From: an uncultured bacterium
GTDB taxonomy: Bacteria > Omnitrophota > Omnitrophia > Omnitrophales > Aquincolibacteriaceae
Reading direction: 5' to 3'
NCBI GenBank assembly: GCA_964410905.1
Contig: CAYPIR010000002.1
Coordinates: 78,665-142,664, forward strand
Length of the DNA stretch: 64,000 bases
Made by a program: the position numbers and the translations under genes. Shown here one piece after another: positions 27,242 through 36,695 of this stretch (position 1 is the first letter of the stretch; every line of letters starts with the position of its first letter). The notes beneath the pieces were generated by a model. It ran no database searches and was not told where the DNA came from. It saw only the letters and a list, made by a program, of their open reading frames with translations.

Positions 27242-27947
27242 TCTTAAGGATATTTGTGTTGCTGGTATAACGCCGTTTACAACTATAGATTTCCCCGGTC
27301 GCTTGGCCGGAGTTTTATATCTCCAGGGCTGTTCTTGGCGATGCGTATACTGCCATAACCCTGAGTTTTGGACGCTTCCTAAAAATCCCTCCGCGATTTC
27401 ATTTGAAAAAGTTTCTGAATATCTTTTAAAACGAAAAAGAGATTTAGATGGCATTGTTTTCTCAGGCGGCGAGCCGCTCATTCATAACCAGTTATGCTTG
27501 TGGATGAAAGCGGTAAAGGATTTGGGATTTCAAGTTGCCTTGCACACGGGCGGAGCGTTTCCTGAAAGATTGAGAGAAGTTTTACCGTTTTGTAATTGGG
27601 TAGGGATGGACATTAAATCCTCGTTTGAGATTTATGACGAAATAACGCAAGTCGCGGGAAGCGGAAAAAACGCGAGTATATCGGCGGAGATTTTGATTTC
27701 AAGCGGAGTTGATTATGAGTTTAGAACAACGTATCACCCGAAACTTTTTTCTGAAGAACAACTTTTGCGATTAGCTCAGGATTTATCGCGGCGGGGCTGC
27801 AAAAATTATTTTTTGCAACGGCTTCGTCCGTCGCATTGTCCGGATAAAAGATTGAGAGAAAGCAAGGCTGTTGGCATTGATATTTCTGCGGAGACTAGAA
27901 TGCGTTTAAAAGAACTAATTCCGCAAATGGGATTCAGGGAACAATAA
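27186..27947 (+). CDS. nrdG: anaerobic RNR activating protein (radical SAM)
   Basis: CSWRCVYCHN (CxxxCxxC) and …FSGGEPL. Start uncertain (27186 or 27216); it overlaps the glycyl-radical ORF. Confidence 0.8.
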   Translation: MKEKIFWNPKMADALALSNLKDICVAGITPFTTIDFPGRLAGVLYLQGCSWRCVYCHNPEFWTLPKNPSAISFEKVSEYLLKRKRDLDGIVFSGGEPLIHNQLCLWMKAVKDLGFQVALHTGGAFPERLREVLPFCNWVGMDIKSSFEIYDEITQVAGSGKNASISAEILISSGVDYEFRTTYHPKLFSEEQLLRLAQDLSRRGCKNYFLQRLRPSHCPDKRLRESKAVGIDISAETRMRLKELIPQMGFREQ

Positions 27948-27949
27948 AT

Positions 27950-28189
27950 ATGATTTCTAAAGATGAATTGTTGGCGGCGTTAAGGCGAAGTTTGTCGGAA
28001 GAAGAGTTTGCCATAGAACTTTATGAGCAAAACAAAAAAGACTCTTTTTTAACGGAAAATTTGCCCGAAGAAGTAAAAGAAAAGATTAAGACCTTATTTG
28101 AATCTTTTTCTAAAAATTCGCAAGAACATAGAGATGCTTATAATCAACTTATAGAAAAAATTGAGGAAACAGAACAAGATGTCTTTTAA
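27950..28189 (+). CDS. small acidic hypothetical protein (79 aa)
   Basis: The ORF begins 3 nt after nrdG. No recognisable family; helical and E/K-rich. Confidence 0.3.
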   Translation: MISKDELLAALRRSLSEEEFAIELYEQNKKDSFLTENLPEEVKEKIKTLFESFSKNSQEHRDAYNQLIEKIEETEQDVF

Positions 28190-28211
28190 TAACGGGAGGC
28201 GCAATTATTTC

Positions 28212-28661
28212 ATGAAATTGGCTAGCCTTGAACGCAGACGCGTTTATAGGATTAAGAGGATTCTTGATAAAGTTGAAGAAACATATATCGCTGGAATATT
28301 GCGCGAAAATTTCTGGGAGGCAAAGGATCGCCACTGCAAAATCACTGATTTGTTGGAATCCGATGCGTTTGTTTATGGAGAAAAGAACCGTCGTATTTTG
28401 TTGCGGCATTCCGAACTAGGGACAATTCGCCTTGTGTATAAAGATAAGGGCGTGTTCAAAGAAATACTTGCCGATTGCGTAGATTTTTCTCATCAAGGGA
28501 TGTGTTTTGAATCAGAAGTCTCGCCTGTCGCGGGTGAATATTATAACGCAACAATTTATTTTTTTAATAAACCTGACCCTGTATATGCCTCTGGGCACAT
28601 TGTTTGGATAAAAGATTTTATGCCGGGTGTGTTTTTGTCCGGTATGAACTTTGACAAATAA
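28212..28661 (+). CDS. PilZ-domain protein (putative c-di-GMP receptor)
   Basis: RxxxR (LERRRVYRIKR) followed by DxSxxG (DFSHQGMCF). GGGAGG SD 12 nt before ATG 28212. Confidence 0.5.
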   Translation: MKLASLERRRVYRIKRILDKVEETYIAGILRENFWEAKDRHCKITDLLESDAFVYGEKNRRILLRHSELGTIRLVYKDKGVFKEILADCVDFSHQGMCFESEVSPVAGEYYNATIYFFNKPDPVYASGHIVWIKDFMPGVFLSGMNFDK

Positions 28662-28682
28662 TCACTTCTTGTATAAAAACAA

Positions 28683-28727
28683 AATCCGATACCTTCTGAC
28701 TTTACAGAAAGTATCGGATTTTTTTTA
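28683..28727 (+). terminator. Rho-independent terminator after the nrdDG-PilZ unit
   Basis: aatccgataccttctg-acttta-cagaaagtatcggatt: 16-bp stem with one mismatch, then a T8 run. Confidence 0.7.
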
Positions 28728-28920
28728 ATACACTTTTATTATCAGAATGGGTTCTGAAACTCCTTGTGAGGGGTTATCTTGAGCCCCTCCTCTGCGCACT
28801 TGTTATAGAACTTTTGTTTTAGTCCTTCTTGGTTAGTTTCCATAAAATTACTATTTAGTAATCATTCCTATTTGTCAACTGTGTTAATTAACAACAATGG
28901 AAATGACTACATAGATCGTT

Positions 28921-28934
28921 CCCCCCCCCCCCCC
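28921..28934 (+). repeat. homopolymeric C14 tract
   Basis: Read directly: 14 consecutive C in a non-coding region. Confidence 0.9.
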
Positions 28935-29030
28935 TTCTGTATAACAGACGTTTTCCAGTGAAGCAAGCGGTCTAGATCAACAGGCGGGATATGAGGAGAT
29001 GTTTATCAAGATCCGGTCTTTTCTCCTGAG

Positions 29031-29761
29031 CTAACTGTCACGGTGTTTTGTGTTCCTTGTAAGAGTTGAGTCTGTAAAGATTGAAAAAGAGCTGGGCATG
29101 TGTGAGTGAGCGTTGATTGGCGAAAGCGAGAAAAAGGACGCCGCAGGATACCTCACGATAAGTGTACTAGACCTTGGGAAGACCGCAGGACTTGGTCTGG
29201 AGGAAATGCTCGGGAATATCCATAAGGTCTTTGGTGTCCTCCATGTCAAACTGGAAGAGTTGAAAGAGTTTTTTAACAACTCGGAGATTGTTTTTGGCGA
29301 CGTGTTTCTTAGGTCGCCTTCTCGAACGGATTAGTTCAGCACCAACGCGTTTGTAGGTAAGCTTTAGGGTGATGACATGGTTTTTGACAGACTGGGGGGC
29401 TCTTGGAAAATGAAGCGCTCCGCGGGAGCAGTCAGCAAGACCGAAGTAGCCTTAGGCATTGAATCGGTGAATCCATTTTCCGATAATAGGCGGGCTTGCG
29501 TGAAAAGACTTCGCGGCAGGTTTGACGCTATGTGAGAAGACGTATTGGAGCAATTGTTATCGCCACTGTTTTTTATCTTTCGTGTGTCGCAAGATTTGAC
29601 TGTGTTGGTATGGACAGATGCAGTTTAGACCTTCTTTGGTTTTGGAGAGACTTTAGGAGTTCTATTAAGTGCCTTTTTTCTTTTTCAAGGTTGATATTTT
29701 CGGTTTCGACTAAATCGTTGTTACCATTTTCTGACTTGCTCCCGGCGGCGTAAGTTGGCAT
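29031..29761 (-). mobile_element. degenerate IS630/Tc1-mariner-like transposase remnant (HTH region, interrupted by stops and frameshifts)
   Basis: Minus-strand translation across ~29370-29500 gives …VFSHSVKPAAKSFHASPPIIGKWIHRFNA*GYFGLADCSRGALHFPRAP…, resembling the IS630 N-terminal HTH …vS..tV.kWv.RfneeGl.GL.DrprsGrP. Local GC is visibly higher than flanking DNA. The + strand ORF 29113..29334 is probably its antisense shadow. Confidence 0.3.
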
Positions 29762-30016
29762 CGTTACAGCGGATAGCGTTTATTGGTTCATAAGGCGTTT
29801 GGGACACAACATTTTTAGTTTTTTCGCCGGCGAGGAGATATGTCCTTTTTCGGCTTTTTCCGTGTTGTTGATAGTTTGAGCAACTGCTGAAAAGAAATAA
29901 AACTCTGATAAACCTCGTCTCATACCTTGGGATTAATACACAAAATCTTTAAAATTCGCTCTCACACAGAGGGTAACGATCTATGGTGCCATTCTCAAAC
30001 AATTAATAAATAGAGT

Positions 30017-30045
30017 TTGACAAACAGTTGTAGATGGTAAATACT
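30017..30045 (+). promoter_or_regulatory. candidate sigma-70 promoter for cspA with a ~185-nt 5' UTR
   Basis: TTGACA (30017-30022), then a -10 as TAAATA at 15 nt spacing or AATACT at 17 nt. Long leaders are typical of cold-shock genes. Confidence 0.35.
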
Positions 30046-30229
30046 CCATATGCTTTTTTAGGAGGTAAGGCGATTTGCAGTCTGCAATTAGTTTCCCGCC
30101 AAAGAAAGTTCCTTGAAAAAGGATCAGTTTAGCAAGACCAGTTCCAACTGTAACAGGTTGATTTTTGCTGTCGTGAAGGTTGAACTTGTCATGCATTAAA
30201 ATCAATACAAATAAGGAGCAACATCAATC

Positions 30230-30430
30230 ATGGTGCAAGGTAAAGTAAAGTGGTTCAACAATTCTAAAGGCTACGGTTTTATTTCTCGCGAAGGCGGAGC
30301 AGATGTGTTCGTTCATCATACCGCAATTCAAGGGGAAGGCTACAAGTCTTTGGAAGAAGGTCAAGCGGTAGAATTTGAAGTAACCAAAGGACCTAAGGGC
30401 GAACAAGCGTCTAATGTTGTAAAGCTCTAA
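30230..30430 (+). CDS. cspA: cold-shock protein
   Basis: [14 protein letters not shown]…VFVHHTAI: RNP1/RNP2 motifs. AAGGAG RBS. Confidence 0.9.
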   Translation: MVQGKVKWFNNSKGYGFISREGGADVFVHHTAIQGEGYKSLEEGQAVEFEVTKGPKGEQASNVVKL

Positions 30431-30451
30431 GAACCATACTTGGAACTGGAA

Positions 30452-30487
30452 ACCCCGATAGGCTTCGGCTTATCGGGGTTTTTTATT
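30452..30487 (+). terminator. Rho-independent terminator after cspA
   Basis: aaccccgataggc-ttcg-gcttatcggggtt, then TTTTATTTT. Confidence 0.75.
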
Positions 30488-30783
30488 TTGGGGACACCTC
30501 TATCCCGTAAATCGGTTTAGGCAGCAGCTCGTTTGCGTCATATCATAAATAGAAAATGTTTGTCCTTGAAAATGTATATAAAAAATAATAAAATGTGTAA
30601 AAAATTTGATTGAAAGCGATGCTTTTTTTTATTTTTTTGTTCCTCATTTTGACGCCTTCAATGAATCCTCATAAGCAAGGCCTCGTGTTGAAGTTTAAAG
30701 GGGTAATACGAATTTAGTTTGTGGCGGGGTGTGTAAATTTTTAAGTTTTGAAATTCTAACTTCAAACATAAAGGGAATATCAA

Positions 30784-33700
30784 ATGGCAGACTTTGCAAA
30801 TAAATCTTCCGTAAAGCATCACACAATGGACGCGAGCGAAGCTGTTGCCTACGTCGCTTATCGCGTCAATGAATGTATCGCGATTTATCCTATTACGCCA
30901 TCCTCGACCATGGGAGAATGGGCAGATCAATGGGCAGCGGAAGGAAAAAAAAATATTTGGGGAACGATTCCTTCCGTTGCTGAAATGCAAAGTGAAGGCG
31001 GCGCGGCTGGAGCGGTTCACGGTTCTTTGCAAAGAGGTGCGCTTACCACGACTTTTACCGCATCACAAGGTCTTTTGTTAATGATTCCTAATATGTATAA
31101 AATTGCGGGTGAACTCACCGCGATGGTAATCCATGTTTCCGCGCGCTCTCTCGCAGCGCAAGCACTGTCAATTTTTGGCGATCACTCAGACGTAATGTCT
31201 GTCCGTCAAACAGGGTTCGCACTTCTTTCTTCCGCATCCGTTCAAGAGGCAATGGATTTTGCGCTCATTGCGCATTCCGCGACGCTTGAATCTCGCATTC
31301 CTTTTTTGCATTTCTTTGATGGGTTCCGCACATCGCATGAAGTTCAAAAAATCGCGGTTTTATCGGAAGAACAAATCCGCGCGCTTATTCCAATGAATAG
31401 AGTTTTGGAGCATCGCGCACGCGGACTTACACCGGATAACCCTGTTCTTCGCGGAACCGCGCAAAACCCTGACGTTTATTTTCAAGGCCGCGAAACAGTT
31501 AATAAATTTTATCAAGCATGTCCGGATATTGTTCAAAAAACCATGGACGAATTCGCAAAACTAACCGGACGAAAATATCAACTTTTAAGTTATACAGGTT
31601 CACAAACAGCTGAAAATGTGATTGTCGCGATGGGCTCGGGCGTGGAGGTTGTTGAAGAAACAGTAAACGCGCTAAACAAATTAGGGGCAAATTTTGGCGT
31701 TGTAAAAATTTCTCTCTATCGTCCTTTTGACATAAGCAAATTTGTAAATCTTCTGCCTAAATCCGTCAAAAATATTATTGTTTTGGATAGAACAAAAGAG
31801 CCAGGCTCTATTGGCGAGCCTCTTTATCAAGACATCGTTTCCGCTTTGCAGGAAGCAAGTCAAAATGGTTGGTCGAATTTCAAAAATGCTCCCAAAGTTT
31901 TTGGAGGACGTTACGGACTTTCCTCCAAAGAATTTACGCCTGCGATGGTAAAAGGAATTTTTGACGCATTCGCGGCAGGAAAGGAAAAACACGGTTTTAC
32001 GATTGGTATTAATGATGACGTAACGCACACGAGCATTACTTATGATCCGGAATTTTCCATTGAAGGCGAGAATGTGAAAAGAGCTCTTTTTTATGGGCTG
32101 GGTTCGGATGGAACGGTCGGAGCAAATAAAAACTCTATCAAAATCATCGGCGAAAACACCTCGAATTACGCGCAAGGGTATTTCGTTTATGACTCTAAAA
32201 AATCTGGCGCGATGACGGTATCGCATTTGCGTTTCGGTCCAGATCCAATTCATTCTCCATATCTAATTTCAAAAGCTGATTTCATAGCCTGCCACCAAAC
32301 CGTATTTTTGGAAAAATTTGATATGTTGAAAAATTTGATTCCAGGCGGAACCTTTCTTTTGAATGTCGCGTGGGATACGGATAAAGTTTGGGAAAACTTG
32401 CCTATTGAAGTTCAAAAAGACATTATCGCGAAAAAAGTGAAATTGTTTGCTATCGATGCCTATAAGGTTGCGAACGCGAGCGGAATGGGTATGCGCATCA
32501 ACACAATTATGCAGGTTTGCTTTTTCGCGATTTCAGGCGTTCTTCCGCGCGAACAAGCCATTGAAGAAATCAAAAAAGCAATTCGCAAAACCTATGGTAA
32601 AAAAGGCGAAGATATTGTAAGCAAAAACCTCCAAGCGGTAGATATGAGCCTTGAACATTTGCATGAAATTGAGGTTCCCGCGACGGCCGATAGTAAAATT
32701 AAACGTTTGGAGCCAATATCGGGTAACGCGCCGGAATTTGTAAGAGAAGTCCTTGGACAAATTATTGAAGGCCGCGGAGATGATTTGCCCGTGAGCGCGA
32801 TGCCGGTTGACGGAACTTTCCCGACAGCTACAACTCAGTATGAAAAACGCAATATCGCGCTAGAAATTCCAGTATGGGATCCGGCGACTTGTATTCAATG
32901 CGGAAAATGTAATTTGGTTTGTCCCCACGCGGTAATTCGCATGAAAGTATATGAGCCGAACATACTTGAAAAAGCGCCATCCACATTCAAATCCACAGAT
33001 GCAAAAATGCCGGATTTTAAAGGTAAAAAAATCACCATTCAGCCCGCTCCGGAAGATTGCACAGGCTGCGGACTTTGCGTGGATGTTTGCCCCGCGAAAA
33101 ATAAAAATGACGCAACGAAAAAGGCAATCAATATGCATCCTCAAATGCCGCTTCGCGCGGAAGAAAAAATCAATTGGAATTTCTTTCTTTCAATTCCTGA
33201 TTATGACCGCCGAAAACTTAAAATCACCATGATAAATCAGCAGCAGGCAATGCGCCCACTTTTTGAATTTTCCGGCGCGTGCGCTGGGTGCGGCGAAACA
33301 CCATATGTAAAACTAGTTTCGCAACTTTATGGCGATAGAGCGATTGTGGCGAATGCGACAGGATGCTCTTCCATTTACGGCGGTAATATGCCGACAACGC
33401 CGTGGGCAAAGGATGAGAACGGACGCGGTCCGGCTTGGTCAAATTCGCTTTTTGAAGACAATGCCGAATTTGGATTTGGAATCCGTTTAGCGATTGATAA
33501 ACAAAACGAATACGCTCAAGAACTCTTGTTAAAACTTCAAGACAAAATTGGAACAGAACTCACGAAGTCAATTTTATCCGCGGTTCAAACCAATGAAGTG
33601 GAAATTTACGATCAACGAGAGCGGGTTGTTGAATTGAAAAAGAAACTTGCGAGTCTTCCGCAAGACATTGAAGTGTCTCAGCTTTTAAGTCTTGCCGATT

Positions 33701-34389
33701 CGCTTGTCAAAAAAAGCGTTTGGATTTTTGGCGGAGACGGTTGGGCATATGATATTGGATATGGCGGGCTTGATCACGTTTTAGCGTCAGGAAAAAATGT
33801 TAATGTATTTGTTCTTGATACTGAAGTCTATTCCAACACAGGCGGACAAATGTCCAAGTCAACACCAATTGGCGCCATTGCCAAATTCGCGATGGGTGGC
33901 AAACAAATGTTTAAGAAAAACCTCGGACTTATCGCGATGACTTACGGCAACATTTATGTCGCGTCAATTTCTATTGGAGCAAATGACGCGCAGGCTTTAA
34001 AGGCGATTCAAGAAGCGGAGTCTTATGATGGACCATCTCTTATAATCGCGTATAGCCATTGCATCGCGCACGGTATCGATATGGTAAACGGCCTTCGCAA
34101 CCAAAAAGCGGCTGTGGCATCGGGACAATGGCTGCTTTATCGCTTTGATCCGCGTCGCACGGCAAAAGGGGAAAATCCTCTGCAGCTTGATTCTAAAGCG
34201 CCGACGCTTCCTCTCGAGCAATTCCTGTCGCTTGAAAATCGTTTTAAACAACTCGCGAAGAGCCGACCCGAAGAAGCAAAAAAATTGTTCGCTCTCGCTC
34301 AACAAAATGTAAACGACAGATTTAAATTTTTTGAATTTCTCTCACAAGGTAAAATTCAAGCCGAATCTGCTCAAGCGGCAGCGCGATAA
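30784..34389 (+). CDS. por: pyruvate:ferredoxin (flavodoxin) oxidoreductase, single-chain
   Basis: 1201 aa. N-terminal …AYVAYRVNECIAIYPITPSS…, two 4Fe-4S ferredoxin motifs (CIQCGKCNLVCP, CTGCGLCVDVCP), and a TPP-binding C-terminal domain (GGDGWAYDIG). Confidence 0.9.
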   Translation: MADFANKSSVKHHTMDASEAVAYVAYRVNECIAIYPITPSSTMGEWADQWAAEGKKNIWGTIPSVAEMQSEGGAAGAVHGSLQRGALTTTFTASQGLLLMIPNMYKIAGELTAMVIHVSARSLAAQALSIFGDHSDVMSVRQTGFALLSSASVQEAMDFALIAHSATLESRIPFLHFFDGFRTSHEVQKIAVLSEEQIRALIPMNRVLEHRARGLTPDNPVLRGTAQNPDVYFQGRETVNKFYQACPDIVQKTMDEFAKLTGRKYQLLSYTGSQTAENVIVAMGSGVEVVEETVNALNKLGANFGVVKISLYRPFDISKFVNLLPKSVKNIIVLDRTKEPGSIGEPLYQDIVSALQEASQNGWSNFKNAPKVFGGRYGLSSKEFTPAMVKGIFDAFAAGKEKHGFTIGINDDVTHTSITYDPEFSIEGENVKRALFYGLGSDGTVGANKNSIKIIGENTSNYAQGYFVYDSKKSGAMTVSHLRFGPDPIHSPYLISKADFIACHQTVFLEKFDMLKNLIPGGTFLLNVAWDTDKVWENLPIEVQKDIIAKKVKLFAIDAYKVANASGMGMRINTIMQVCFFAISGVLPREQAIEEIKKAIRKTYGKKGEDIVSKNLQAVDMSLEHLHEIEVPATADSKIKRLEPISGNAPEFVREVLGQIIEGRGDDLPVSAMPVDGTFPTATTQYEKRNIALEIPVWDPATCIQCGKCNLVCPHAVIRMKVYEPNILEKAPSTFKSTDAKMPDFKGKKITIQPAPEDCTGCGLCVDVCPAKNKNDATKKAINMHPQMPLRAEEKINWNFFLSIPDYDRRKLKITMINQQQAMRPLFEFSGACAGCGETPYVKLVSQLYGDRAIVANATGCSSIYGGNMPTTPWAKDENGRGPAWSNSLFEDNAEFGFGIRLAIDKQNEYAQELLLKLQDKIGTELTKSILSAVQTNEVEIYDQRERVVELKKKLASLPQDIEVSQLLSLADSLVKKSVWIFGGDGWAYDIGYGGLDHVLASGKNVNVFVLDTEVYSNTGGQMSKSTPIGAIAKFAMGGKQMFKKNLGLIAMTYGNIYVASISIGANDAQALKAIQEAESYDGPSLIIAYSHCIAHGIDMVNGLRNQKAAVASGQWLLYRFDPRRTAKGENPLQLDSKAPTLPLEQFLSLENRFKQLAKSRPEEAKKLFALAQQNVNDRFKFFEFLSQGKIQAESAQAAAR

Positions 34390-34401
34390 GGAGAAATAAA
34401 A

Positions 34402-36534
34402 ATGAGCGCAGATGGCGTAGTAAATAATAAAAATCTTAAAGCGCTTTTGGAGCCCAAAGTTGTGACGCTTATTGGCGCTTCCAAAAGACCGGAATCCGTG
34501 GGTTATGCTATTATAAAAAACTTTCTCCAAGGCGGCTTTAAAGGAAAGTTTTATCCGGTTAATCCCAAAGGCGAAGAAATTTTGGGCGTAAAATGTGAAA
34601 CCTCAATTGCCGCGATACCAGAAAAGATCGATCTCGCGATTTTTACTATTCCAGGAAAATTCGTGCCCGCGGAACTTGAAAATGCCGCTAAAAAAGGCGC
34701 TACAGCGGCAATTGTTATCTCCGCTGGATTCCGTGAAATTGGCGGAGAAGGCGTTGCTCTTGAAAAAGAACTCAAGCGAATTTCTGATGAATATGGCATT
34801 TCAGTTTTAGGTCCCAATTGTCTTGGTATTATTAATTTCGATTCGGAAGTATCGTGCAACGCAAGTTTCGCGGGAACGATTCCAGCTGGCGGGAATATTG
34901 CGTTTGTTACGCAAAGCGGCGCGCTTGGCACAGCGTTTCTTGACTATGCCCATGGAGAAAATGCTAAATTTTCAAAATTCATAAGTCTTGGGAATAAAGT
35001 CGATGTTTCTGAGCTGGAAGCTCTTCGCTATCTTAAAGATGATCCAAAAACAGATGTAATTATGATGTATCTCGAAGATATCGGCGCAGGCTCGGAATTT
35101 ATAAAAACAGCGCGGAAGATTACAAGCAATGCATCAAAACCAAAACCCATTTTAGTTATAAAATCGGGAAGAACAGCGCAAGGCGCGAAAGCGGCAAGTT
35201 CCCATACCGGTTCGTTAATGGGTTCAGATGAAGTTTATGAGGCGGTTTTTGCCCAATCCGGTGTGCTGCGTATGGAGTCAGCCGAAGAAATGTTTGACCT
35301 CGCGCTTGCATTTGCGAATCAGCCGCTTATCAAAGGAAATAAAATCGCGATTGTTACTAACGCCGGCGGGCCCGGCATTATGGCGACCGATGCTTGCGTC
35401 CGGTTTGGCCTGCAAATGGCAGAACTGAGGCCGGAAACCGTAGCTAAGTTAAAAGAAAAACTTCCGCCAACCGCCAGCTTTTTAAATCCCGTAGATGTGA
35501 TTGGCGATGCTCGAAGCGACCGATACGAACATGCTCTAGAAATTGTTTTACAAGATGAGAATGTGGATGGCGTATTGGTTCTTCTCACTCCGCAAGCGAT
35601 GACTGACGCGGAAGCTACGGCTCGCGCGATCGCCAAATTGGATAAAAATTCCGATAAGACCATCGTTACGTGTTTTATGGGACATTCAAACGTGAAAGCA
35701 GGCGTTCGGATTTTAAAAGAAAATGGTATTCCTCATTGCTCATTTCCTGAAAATTCCGCGCGTACACTCGCCGCAATGAGCCGATTCCGCAAATGGATAG
35801 AAACAGCACACGAAAATGTTACGGAATACAAAGTAAATAGAGATGTTGTCAAAAAGATAATAGCACAAGCAAAATCCGAGAAAAAAACATTTCTCGCCAT
35901 TGATCGCTCAATGGAAATTTTTGAGGCATATTCATTGCCTACAATCCCATGCGGATTTGCTGCTACCCTTGATGAAGCCGTTGCTAAGTCAGAGAAAATA
36001 GGATTCCCATGCGTTATGAAAGTTGTCTCGCAGCAAATTATTCACAAGGTCGATGTCGGCGGCGTAAAACTCAACTTGAACTCTGTTGACGACATTAAAA
36101 ACGCATTTAACGATATTCAAGCCATTGGGGTAAAACTTAATGCGAAAATTGACGGCGTTTTTATGCAACGCATGTCGCCAAAAGGTCGTGAAGTTATTTT
36201 GGGAATGAAGAGGGACGCGCATTTTGGACCTGTCTTGATGTTTGGTTTAGGCGGAATTTATGTTGAAGCATTAAAGGACGTAACTTTCCGCGTAGCGCCG
36301 GTTCGCGATTTGAACGCGCAAAATATGATTAAGGACATTCGCTCATTTAAACTTTTGCAAGGTGTCCGGGGAGAAGAACCCGCCGATCTAGCCGTGATTG
36401 CCGAGTGCGTTAAAAAACTTTCGCAACTATCGCTTGAACATCCAGAAATTGAGGAAATTGATATAAATCCTCTAATTGTCTATGGTCAAGGAAAAGGCGC
36501 GGGAGTGGTTGACGCTCGCATCATTTTGAAATGA
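34402..36534 (+). CDS. acetyl-CoA synthetase (ADP-forming), fused alpha/beta
   Basis: N-terminal CoA-binding/succinyl-CoA-synthetase-like region (…VTLIGASKRPESVGY…), a phosphohistidine segment (AASSHTGSLMG), and a C-terminal ATP-grasp. 710 aa. Confidence 0.8.
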   Translation: MSADGVVNNKNLKALLEPKVVTLIGASKRPESVGYAIIKNFLQGGFKGKFYPVNPKGEEILGVKCETSIAAIPEKIDLAIFTIPGKFVPAELENAAKKGATAAIVISAGFREIGGEGVALEKELKRISDEYGISVLGPNCLGIINFDSEVSCNASFAGTIPAGGNIAFVTQSGALGTAFLDYAHGENAKFSKFISLGNKVDVSELEALRYLKDDPKTDVIMMYLEDIGAGSEFIKTARKITSNASKPKPILVIKSGRTAQGAKAASSHTGSLMGSDEVYEAVFAQSGVLRMESAEEMFDLALAFANQPLIKGNKIAIVTNAGGPGIMATDACVRFGLQMAELRPETVAKLKEKLPPTASFLNPVDVIGDARSDRYEHALEIVLQDENVDGVLVLLTPQAMTDAEATARAIAKLDKNSDKTIVTCFMGHSNVKAGVRILKENGIPHCSFPENSARTLAAMSRFRKWIETAHENVTEYKVNRDVVKKIIAQAKSEKKTFLAIDRSMEIFEAYSLPTIPCGFAATLDEAVAKSEKIGFPCVMKVVSQQIIHKVDVGGVKLNLNSVDDIKNAFNDIQAIGVKLNAKIDGVFMQRMSPKGREVILGMKRDAHFGPVLMFGLGGIYVEALKDVTFRVAPVRDLNAQNMIKDIRSFKLLQGVRGEEPADLAVIAECVKKLSQLSLEHPEIEEIDINPLIVYGQGKGAGVVDARIILK

Positions 36535-36695
36535 CACCAATCCTAATAAACAAATTTCTAACTACCTAGCGGATTGACCGGTTTCTCTTCAAAATTTATA
36601 TGGCGAGTAAAACGAAATTTTGCTTTTATGAGGCCAAGTTACGTGCTAGCATGCGTCAGTTTTTAAATTATTTCCATACAAAAACCTAAATTCAA

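Noticed and set aside
29113-29334. 73-aa + strand ORF in the non-coding island
   Set aside because: It sits opposite the transposase-like remnant, has no RBS, and its translation has no recognisable features. Most likely an antisense shadow.
28740-30230. tRNA, tmRNA or RNase P RNA in the non-coding island
   Set aside because: No GTTCGAATC-type T-loop, no tmRNA terminal motifs and no AGGAAAGTCCGGGCTCC RNase P signature were found here or elsewhere in the window.
31681-32253. 190-aa minus-strand ORF
   Set aside because: Antisense to PFOR, which is confidently coding.
34921-34940. sigma-54-like TGGCAC-N5-TTCTT sequence
   Set aside because: It lies inside the ADP-forming acetyl-CoA synthetase coding sequence and its -12 element is poor. 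Likely a chance match.
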